Assembly: GCA_963806035.1 (NCBI GenBank) | Contig: CAWDWO010000002.1 | Location: 1-11,509 of the forward strand | Direction: 5' to 3' | DNA length: 11,509 nucleotides | Origin: Candidatus Krumholzibacteriota bacterium | GTDB taxonomy: Bacteria > Krumholzibacteriota > Krumholzibacteriia > JAJRXK01 | In this document: one piece after another, positions 1 through 6,715 of the stretch | Numbering within the stretch: position 1 is the first letter of the stretch | Layout: every line of letters begins with the position of its first letter | Program-made: the position numbers and the translations under genes | Notes under the pieces: model-generated | Databases searched by the model: none | Told to the model about the DNA's origin: nothing | The model's input: only the letters and a program-made list of their open reading frames with translations

Positions 1-528
1 CTCCGCCTTGTCGAGCACGTCCATGCCGTCGATCACTTCACCGAAGATGGTGTGGTGCCCGTTGAGCCAGGGAGTGGGAGCGAAAGTGATGAAGAACTGG
101 CTGCCGTTCGTCTTTGGTCCGGCATTGGCCATCGCGAGGATGCCCCTCTTGTCGAAAGTCAGGCTGTCGGAGATCTCGTCCTCGAAGGGCTCTCCCCAGA
201 GGCTCTGACCGCCGTAGCCGGTGCCGGTGGGATCGCCACCTTGCATCATGAAGCCGGGAATGACCCGGTGGAAGATGACGCCGTCGTAGTAGCCCTTCTT
301 GGCCAGGCCGAGGAAGTTCTCGACCGCCTTGGGAGCAATCTTGTCGTAGAGGCGCAGAGTCATGGTTCCAAGAGAGGTCTCGAGCTGAACACGGGTACCT
401 TCTTGCGGCACGGTCATCTCCTCGGCAGTGGTGGAAGTTGAGTCCTGAGCACAGGCCGCCACGGCGACGCTGAGCAGGAAAACACCCGCCGAAAAGACTC
501 GAACCAAGGTGTTTCTTCGATTGCTCAC
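1..528 (-). CDS. Cyclophilin-type peptidyl-prolyl cis-trans isomerase, probable lipoprotein (3' end outside window)
   Basis: Manual translation from GTG at 528 (AAGGGA 6 nt upstream) gives MSNRRNTLVRVFSAGVFLLSVAVAACAQD...APKAVENFLGLAKKGYYDGVIFHRVIPGFMMQGGDPTGTGYGG...ILAMANAGPKTNGSQFFIT...WLNGHHTIFGEVIDGMDVL, which are canonical cyclophilin motifs. Lipobox-like VAAC follows a hydrophobic stretch. The frame is open to the window edge. Confidence 0.96.
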   Translation of the reverse strand, partial: MSNRRNTLVRVFSAGVFLLSVAVAACAQDSTSTTAEEMTVPQEGTRVQLETSLGTMTLRLYDKIAPKAVENFLGLAKKGYYDGVIFHRVIPGFMMQGGDPTGTGYGGQSLWGEPFEDEISDSLTFDKRGILAMANAGPKTNGSQFFITFAPTPWLNGHHTIFGEVIDGMDVLDKAE

Positions 529-564
529 GAGGATTCCCTTTCGCTGAAGACTGTAGGAATTAGC

Positions 565-599
565 GGAAGGGCCGGAGGTCTCTCGCTTCCGGCCCTTCC
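565..599 (-). terminator. GC-rich hairpin downstream of tRNA cluster (terminator or processing stem)
   Basis: GGAAGGGCCGGA (565-576) and TCCGGCCCTTCC (588-599) form a perfect 12-bp inverted repeat 7 nt past the tRNA-Arg CCA. Only a weak U-tract (GCUAAUUCCU) follows. Confidence 0.6.
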
Positions 600-606
600 T
601 CCTCGA

Positions 607-683
607 TGGTGCGCCCAGGAGGACTCGAACCCCCAACCTTCTGGTCCGTAGCCAAACGCTCTATCCAGTTGAGCTATGGGCGC
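607..683 (-). tRNA. tRNA-Arg(ACG)
   Basis: GCGCCCATAGCTCAACTGGATAGAGCGTTTGGCTACGGACCAGAAGGTTGGGGGTTCGAGTCCTCCTGGGCGCACCA: 77-nt cloverleaf, anticodon loop CT-ACG-GA, encoded CCA. Confidence 0.98.
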
Positions 684-709
684 AAACTTTTCGGGCAAAG
701 CCCCCGATC

Positions 710-797
<88 letters not shown>

Positions 798-853
798 AGT
801 AGTTTCCTGTTGGCCTCCCCGGCCGAAGCGCCCCTGCGCTTTCACTCGCCAGA

Positions 854-940
854 TGGCGGAGGGCGGGGGACTCGAACCCCCAAGGGCAAACGCCCGGCGG
901 TTTTCAAGACCGCTGCCTTACCAGTTAGGTCTAGCCCTCC
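854..940 (-). tRNA. tRNA-Ser(TGA), atypical D-arm
   Basis: GGAGGGC/GCCCTCC acceptor stem, G73-CCA, anticodon stem GCGGT/ACCGC with loop CT-TGA-AA, variable arm GGGC-GTTT-GCCC, T-arm GGGGG-TTCGAGT-CCCCC. 87 nt. Confidence 0.95.
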
Positions 941-1051
941 CTAAACCGTGAAGGCGCCCCCGCGCCTCTAAGCTCGGCGGGAGGGGGCACCGTAAGCCGT
1001 TTGAAATCGCATACTTGCACGGCGACAAAGGGCTGACGGCAGCGGTGCAGT

Positions 1052-1080
1052 AATCTAGCACCGCCCTATGGGGGTGTCAA
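1052..1080 (-). promoter_or_regulatory. Sigma70-type promoter of the tRNA cluster
   Basis: Perfect -35 TTGACA (1080-1075), 17-bp spacer, extended -10 TGc-TAGATT (1057-1052), about 110 nt upstream of the first tRNA. Confidence 0.85.
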
Positions 1081-1095
1081 GACGGCGGAAAGCTC

Positions 1096-3609
1096 TCATC
1101 CGCCACCCTTCTTGCGCTTCAGACCGTTCAGGAGATCCTGGAGCTTGTTCCCCAAATTCTGATTCACCGCGTCCTTCGCGCGCTTCTCCGCCGCATCGAG
1201 TTCGGGTGTCACTTTGGGCTTCGTACTGGGGCCGCTCACATGGAACGGGATGGTGATGCGCCCATCCTTCTCGCGCAAGAATTCGCTCAAGGGAGTGAGC
1301 GAGCCCAGGTCCAAATTCTCTCCCACCGGAAGTTTGAGTTCCAACTGATAGTCGACGGTCCCGTCGAAGCCAGCCCAGCCATCGGCCTTCAGCTGAGTGG
1401 GACCCTTCAGGATCGCCTGATCGAAATGCGCCTTGCCCCCTTCGAACCTCACCTGAGCGAGAAACTCCTTGAAGGGGATGTCGCGCAACTTGTCCGCCAT
1501 CTTGCCCGGGAGCTTGTCGAGTTCCTCCCCCAGGAGAGTTCCGGTGAGAAAATCGCCCGCCGAACCCTTGAGCGCTCCGCCCCCACCGAGAGCTTGGAGG
1601 ATCGCCTTGCGGTCACTGGTCAGCGGACCGTTCAACTGAATCAAACCGGAGAACGAACTCTGGAAGGCCTGGGCTAGTTTGGGAGCGAAGGGCGAAAGAC
1701 AGGAGGTTGCCGAAACCTGCTGGGCCTCCACCTGCCCCTTCCAAGTCGAGGGCTTCGTCTTCCAATCCACGCTTCCCTGACCCACCAGCTTGCCGCCGCC
1801 CATGCTCCCCTTGAGATCGCTCAGCTTCATCACCTGGGATTGCAAGTCGAGATGGCCGGTCAGATTCTCGATCTCGTATCCGCGACTGCGGAACTTCTGT
1901 GCGGCGAGTTGCACCTGCATCTTCAGTTTCTCAGGTGGCGCGGGAAACTCCGGCTTCGCTTCCTGCGCGTAGGCGGTGTCCACGCTCCACCATCGGCCCG
2001 ATGCCCGCGCTTGCTTCTGCCCGCTCTCCTTCAGGAGCTTGTCGAGATCGACGAGAGCGAAGTTCGCGTTTCCTATGAAGCGGTATTCCTGCGGCCAGGC
2101 GTCCAGCTTTCCCGCAACAGTGCCTTCGAGACCGGTACTGGTGAGAACGATTTTGCTGAGTTCTGCGCTCTGGCTCGTGGCGGCGATGGTCCCCGAGCGG
2201 ATGACGAGGCTGTCGCTCAGCGATTCGGCAGCAAGTGCGATCCGGCCCAGCGAAAAATTTCCGGTCACCGCGCTTGCCGGCAGCTTCTGGGGCAGAGGAA
2301 GCGGAAGCTTCAAGCTAAGGGTGCCACTGAAACCACCCGCGATCCCGGGCCACTGCTCGGGCGGCGTGGACCCGGCCACCAGACTGTCGGGCAGCTGATC
2401 CCATACCGAGGCTACCAGCTCCTTCAGTTTTCCCAGATCGGCTCGCTGCAGCTTCAGCTCGCCGTTCACTCGTCCCTTTCCCAGGGCGGGCGCGGTGATG
2501 CGGCCGCTCAGGGTGGCGCCCGGTAGAATGAGCTGGAGAGGATCCAGGGTGATCTGATCTCCATGCTGGGCAAAGCTCAGCGCAGCACTCACGAGATCCT
2601 CGCGGCCCAGCGCTTTGATCTTCACCCCTTCCGCTTCGCCCTCGATTTGCACCAAGTCGAGCCAGGCGGAGGGACCCGCGGAAGAGGCCGGCAACTCCCC
2701 TTTGGCCCGCAAGCTACCGCGCAGGAACTCCGTGGTGAAATCCAAGTCCTTCAGCGAAGCGCCTCCAGCCGCTTTCAGTCGCGCGCGCGCTTGCGCCGGA
2801 TCCATCTCCCATTGCAATTCGGTTTCGATCCAGGGCCGGATTGTGCCTTTGCGGTACTCGAAGGGTCCCTTCAAGCTCAAGCCCGCGGCGTTGAGGTGGT
2901 CGATCTGAGCGCGGAGGTCGAGCGGCTCGGCGGTGCCCGCCACCGTGATGTCACAGCTGAGCTCATCGAAGCGTTGGCTCGACTTACCGTCCGCGCCCGT
3001 GAGGACGAGGCTTGCGAGCTCCGAGTCCAGTCGACCCGAGAATCGCCCGGTCTCATCGAGTTGGAAATGCGCCTTCTGGTTCAGTCCCTCGATGGTGACG
3101 GTGGAAGCGTCGGTCTGGTGTACCACGAGTCTACCGTCGTCGATGCTGAGCAGCCCCAAAGCCAGAGCCGTGGCCGCCGAGTTCGACGAGGACTTGGCCG
3201 CGGACTCGGGAGCGTTTCCGCCACTCCCGGTTTTCGCAAGGTCCGGCTGCGGCATCCAGACTTCCAGGCGAGGTGATTCCAGACGGATTTCCTGCACCTG
3301 GGGCTTTTTGTGCAAGAGCGACATGAAATCCGCGCGCGCCAGGGCTTCTTTTGCCTCACCCTCGAGTCGAGGAATGCCACCCTTGGTGCCACCCGGTGAG
3401 GTGATTTTGAGCCCCTCCAATCGCAGGCCGACCGGCCAGGGGAACTGAATCGAGGCCCTTTCCGCCTCGGCGTGCAGACCCGTGCGCGACTCCAATTCCC
3501 TGAAGAGGAAGCTCTGGATCTTGTCGGCGGGTAGGAACACCCGCACCGCGATCACCACGAGAACGAACACGACGGCCAATCCGATGAGCACTCGAATCAG
3601 TTTGCGCAT
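1096..3609 (-). CDS. AsmA-family (AsmA-like clan) periplasm-spanning protein
   Basis: 837 aa with AAGGAGG RBS. N-terminal anchor MRKLIRVLIGLAVVFVLVVIAV, then AsmA-type N-terminus (LESRTGL...SIQFPWPVGLRLEGL...DFMSLLHKKPQVQEIRLESPRLEV). Repeated amphipathic beta-strands follow. AsmA-like C-terminus (QLKADGWAGFDGTVDYQL...IPFHVSGPSTKPKV) ends in an amphipathic helix. Confidence 0.85.
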   Translation of the reverse strand: MRKLIRVLIGLAVVFVLVVIAVRVFLPADKIQSFLFRELESRTGLHAEAERASIQFPWPVGLRLEGLKITSPGGTKGGIPRLEGEAKEALARADFMSLLHKKPQVQEIRLESPRLEVWMPQPDLAKTGSGGNAPESAAKSSSNSAATALALGLLSIDDGRLVVHQTDASTVTIEGLNQKAHFQLDETGRFSGRLDSELASLVLTGADGKSSQRFDELSCDITVAGTAEPLDLRAQIDHLNAAGLSLKGPFEYRKGTIRPWIETELQWEMDPAQARARLKAAGGASLKDLDFTTEFLRGSLRAKGELPASSAGPSAWLDLVQIEGEAEGVKIKALGREDLVSAALSFAQHGDQITLDPLQLILPGATLSGRITAPALGKGRVNGELKLQRADLGKLKELVASVWDQLPDSLVAGSTPPEQWPGIAGGFSGTLSLKLPLPLPQKLPASAVTGNFSLGRIALAAESLSDSLVIRSGTIAATSQSAELSKIVLTSTGLEGTVAGKLDAWPQEYRFIGNANFALVDLDKLLKESGQKQARASGRWWSVDTAYAQEAKPEFPAPPEKLKMQVQLAAQKFRSRGYEIENLTGHLDLQSQVMKLSDLKGSMGGGKLVGQGSVDWKTKPSTWKGQVEAQQVSATSCLSPFAPKLAQAFQSSFSGLIQLNGPLTSDRKAILQALGGGGALKGSAGDFLTGTLLGEELDKLPGKMADKLRDIPFKEFLAQVRFEGGKAHFDQAILKGPTQLKADGWAGFDGTVDYQLELKLPVGENLDLGSLTPLSEFLREKDGRITIPFHVSGPSTKPKVTPELDAAEKRAKDAVNQNLGNKLQDLLNGLKRKKGGG

Positions 3610-4745
3610 TTCGCCTCCTTGATGCGTCCGCCGCCCACGACGACGCCTTCACGATAGAGGACCAGCGACTGCCCCGGTGCGGGGGCTCGATCGGCTTCCG
3701 CGAGTTCCACTTCCAACCGTCCATCCTGGTACTGCACACGGCGGACCGCGCAACCGCGATGGCGAGACCGTGTCCGCGCCAAGAGTCCCGGCGAAGTCTC
3801 GAGAGGATCTCGTAGCCACGCCTGATCACAAATCAGCTGGTCGCAGAGCAGATCCTCCTCAGCCCCCACGATGACACGGTTCGCCTTTGCATCCAGCCGA
3901 ATCACATAGTGGCTTCCATTCGCGTCGAGCTGCAAACCGCGCCGCTGTCCCACCGTGTAGTGGGCGAGTCCTCGATGTCGGCCGAGAACCTCCCCCTTTC
4001 GGTCGACGATTTCACCGGGACCCATTCCTCCCGCTACCAGGGCCGAGCGATCTCCGCCAGGGACGAAACAGATCTCCTGGCTCTCCGGCGTTTCGGCCGC
4101 GGGCAGGCCGTGCGCGCGCGCCTGTTCTCGTACCTCGAACTTGTGCAGCTCGCCCAAGGGAAACGCGCAGTGCCGCAGAATTTCGGGACGAAGTCCGTGC
4201 AGGTAATACGACTGATCTTTGGACTCGTCTTTTGCGCGCGCGACGTGACGACCGCTCGTTTGATTTTCGAAGAGCCGGGCGTAATGACCGGTGGCGACGA
4301 AGCCGGCATTCATGCGGCGAGCAAAATCGAGGAGAGAGGGATAGCGCACGAAGCGGTTGCAGCGAACGCAGGGATTCGGAGTCTGACCCGACTGGTACTC
4401 CAGAACGAAATCCGAGATCACTTGCCCAAGGAAGGGCTCGGAGACATCCAACACGTGGTGGGTGATTCCGAGATCGGAGGCCAGCTCGCGCGCCGCCGCG
4501 ATGGCCTCGCGCGAACAGCAGGATCGCTCGAAGTCGTTGGAATCACCCGGGAGCTCGTCCTCACAGAAATTGCGCGTGGTGACCCCTAGAACCTCGCAGC
4601 CGTGTTCTTTGAGACGGAGCGCGGACACCGCGCTGTCAACACCGCCGGAAAGCCCCACGACGACGCGGGAGCCGGGAGCCGGGAGAGTCACTTCCTTCCA
4701 CATCGGTCTCCTAACGGGAGCAGTGCCGTGCCTCGGCACGATCAC
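3597..4745 (-). CDS. mnmA: tRNA-specific 2-thiouridylase MnmA
   Basis: SGGVDS PP-loop, TPNPCVRCN, ATGHYAR, KDQSYYL, ESQEICF, YTVGQRRGL, PGQ. Start is uncertain: GTG 4745 (overlaps the upstream stop) or ATG 4703 (AGGAG just upstream). Stop overlaps the asmA-like start by 13 nt. Confidence 0.97.
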   Translation of the reverse strand: MIVPRHGTAPVRRPMWKEVTLPAPGSRVVVGLSGGVDSAVSALRLKEHGCEVLGVTTRNFCEDELPGDSNDFERSCCSREAIAAARELASDLGITHHVLDVSEPFLGQVISDFVLEYQSGQTPNPCVRCNRFVRYPSLLDFARRMNAGFVATGHYARLFENQTSGRHVARAKDESKDQSYYLHGLRPEILRHCAFPLGELHKFEVREQARAHGLPAAETPESQEICFVPGGDRSALVAGGMGPGEIVDRKGEVLGRHRGLAHYTVGQRRGLQLDANGSHYVIRLDAKANRVIVGAEEDLLCDQLICDQAWLRDPLETSPGLLARTRSRHRGCAVRRVQYQDGRLEVELAEADRAPAPGQSLVLYREGVVVGGGRIKEAKCAN

Positions 4746-5440
4746 TTGGAGGCCTTGTTCTCCTCCGCCTTGGGAAGCTCAGGAGTCTCCGAGTTCATGA
4801 GATCGTCGATGACCTTGATGTTCTCCGCGCTGCGCTTTCCCAAATCACTGTTGGGATCCAGCGCTACCGCCTTCTCCCACTCTCTCTTGGCTTCCCGGTA
4901 GATCTCGGAGTCCGCGAACAAAATGGCCATGTTGTAGCGCGTGAGCTGCGAGTTGGGGTGGTTCTTCAGCGACTTCTCGAAGCAATCCAGAGCCGAATTG
5001 ACCTGCCTCTTCTTGAAATACACTCCGCCCAAGTTGCACAGGGTCTTCTCATCGGTGGGGTCGAGCTTCAGCGCCTTCTGATAGGTCTGCTGCGCGTTGT
5101 CCAGTTGGTCCAGATCGTCGTAGGCATTGCCCAGATTCACCCAGGCCCCCAGGAAGGCATCGTCCAGCTCCGTGGCCTTCTTGTACTGCTCGACCGCCGC
5201 ATCGGTTTTGCCCTCGTCGAGCAAGAGATTTCCCAAGGAGAAGGCGATGGCGGGATCCTTCGGATGGGCCTGAGCCTGCTCCTTGAGGTAGTCGATGCGC
5301 GTGACGTTGTCGGGAAGGCTGTCGACCTTCTTCTGCATCTCCTTGGAGAGTTCGTGCTCGACTCCCTTCGCCGCGACACCGGCGGGAATCAGCGCGATCG
5401 CCACGATGAGTAACCCGTAGAGAACCCTATTCAGCTTCAT
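4742..5440 (-). CDS. Exported tetratricopeptide repeat protein
   Basis: Sec signal peptide (MKLNRVLYGLLIVAIALIPAGVAA) and GGGAG RBS. Four consecutive 34-aa TPRs, e.g. AWVNLGNAYDDLDQLDNAQQTYQKALKLDP. Confidence 0.92.
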   Translation of the reverse strand: MKLNRVLYGLLIVAIALIPAGVAAKGVEHELSKEMQKKVDSLPDNVTRIDYLKEQAQAHPKDPAIAFSLGNLLLDEGKTDAAVEQYKKATELDDAFLGAWVNLGNAYDDLDQLDNAQQTYQKALKLDPTDEKTLCNLGGVYFKKRQVNSALDCFEKSLKNHPNSQLTRYNMAILFADSEIYREAKREWEKAVALDPNSDLGKRSAENIKVIDDLMNSETPELPKAEENKASK

Positions 5441-5485
5441 GATTCGCTCCCTGGCCCCGCCTCCTGAAGTCGGCGCGGCTGCTGC

Positions 5486-6715
5486 TCAATACCACTTCTC
5501 ACCGCCGGTGATCGAAACCACCAAGCGGATGAAACTCTCGGACGCCCCGTTCCGATCCATCGAACCGACCTTGCCATACTGCAGGGCGACATCGGCTCTC
5601 GTGTAGGGACCCAAGAGGCGAAGACTCGTCCCCACGCTCGCTGCCCACTCCGTCACTTGCTCCCCCTGCAGAGCATAGTTCCAGCTGCGGTGCCAATAAC
5701 CCACACGCCACGGCGCCTTGCGCCGCCTTCCCACACCTTGCTCCTCCAACTCCAAGCCGGTGTGAATCGACCACTCGTCCTGCATCTGGCCTTCGTAGAT
5801 TTGACGGCCTTCGTACTTCGACCAGTACTCGCGGGTGTAGTCGGCACCCCAGCTCAGTCTTCCGGGGAGATCGATGCGCGTTCCCACTCCCATTCGAGCC
5901 GGCAGAGTGTCGACCCGATGGTCGTCGCGGCGCGAATCCTTGGAGACACCGCGCACGCGGATATCCACGTTCGCGCCGTATTGTGGCACGTAGAATCCCG
6001 TAAACGTCGCTGGTCCTATATCATACAACCCGAGCGCGAATTTGGCTGCATCTCCGGAGAAAACGTCCTCGCGCACGTCCGCGGGATCGGCTCCAGCTCC
6101 GGGAACGACCGCCGAGTAGCGCTGACGTAAAGTCCCCCGCACCAGCAGCAAACCGACTCCCACCCGCACATGACGGTGCACTTGCACCCCCAGCTCGAAA
6201 GGGAAATCGAAGAGGGTGCCCTCGCGCTCCAGGGTCTCCTGCGAGGGCAGCGTATCGGCGCTGGCGGCCGCGGTCCGCACGATGGTCCATTGCGCGCTGC
6301 GCCGGGCCACGAAGCCCACCCCGAAGCCCATGTGCGGGCCCAGGGGCATTCCCAGCCGCAGAGTGGGATTGACGATGTCGTAGCGCTTGACCGAGCCGTA
6401 CTCGTCCTTGGAATCCGTGCGTCCCCAATTCGAAGTGAGGGTGAAGGTGACGCGCCTGAGATCGAGCAGTTGCGTGGGGATTCCGATGTTCGCGTTCAGG
6501 GAGTCGGTATAGGCCAGGTTGGTTCCCCCGCGTCCTTCGGCTCGCGCATCGGTCATCGCCGAAGCCCCACCGAAATACGATTGGTTGAAGATCGAATCGG
6601 CGCGCGCGGATGCGGCCCAGGCGAGAGAACTCGCGAGCAGGAGGATGGCAGCGAGACGAGCTGCGCCGATCACTCCCGTGTCCCCTCGGAATGCGAACAT
6701 CTTCTTCATCCTCAA
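5486..6715 (-). CDS. Outer-membrane beta-barrel, OmpP1/FadL/PorV-like
   Basis: Signal peptide ending ..AASARA. N-terminal plug-like segment DARAEGRGG...A..D. Many alternating amphipathic strands (GFGVGF, ELGVQV, VRVGVGL, MGVGTRI, WSIHTGLEL, WRVGY, ADVALQYG, FIRLVVSITGG) and aromatic C-terminus EKWY. True start may be ATG 6709 or 6700 (GAGGA upstream of 6700). Confidence 0.75.
   Translation of the reverse strand: MRMKKMFAFRGDTGVIGAARLAAILLLASSLAWAASARADSIFNQSYFGGASAMTDARAEGRGGTNLAYTDSLNANIGIPTQLLDLRRVTFTLTSNWGRTDSKDEYGSVKRYDIVNPTLRLGMPLGPHMGFGVGFVARRSAQWTIVRTAAASADTLPSQETLEREGTLFDFPFELGVQVHRHVRVGVGLLLVRGTLRQRYSAVVPGAGADPADVREDVFSGDAAKFALGLYDIGPATFTGFYVPQYGANVDIRVRGVSKDSRRDDHRVDTLPARMGVGTRIDLPGRLSWGADYTREYWSKYEGRQIYEGQMQDEWSIHTGLELEEQGVGRRRKAPWRVGYWHRSWNYALQGEQVTEWAASVGTSLRLLGPYTRADVALQYGKVGSMDRNGASESFIRLVVSITGGEKWY

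Noticed and set aside
8..441. Plus-strand ORFs 8..208 and 52..441
   Set aside because: Antisense shadows of the clearly recognisable cyclophilin gene.
895..915. Possible selenocysteine (TCA) or Leu (CAA) anticodon from plus-strand TTTTCAAG
   Set aside because: The cloverleaf and CCA are on the minus strand, where the anticodon is TGA. The fold is 7/5, not the 8/5 of bacterial tRNA-Sec or the 8/4 and 9/3 allo-tRNA forms.
993..1018. IHF-site-like sequence (AATCGCATACTTG)
   Set aside because: Two mismatches in the WATCAA core, which is too weak to call.
5447..5480. Imperfect stem with AGGAGG between barrel and TPR genes
   Set aside because: The stem is mismatched with no U-tract, and a properly spaced GGGAG already serves the TPR start.
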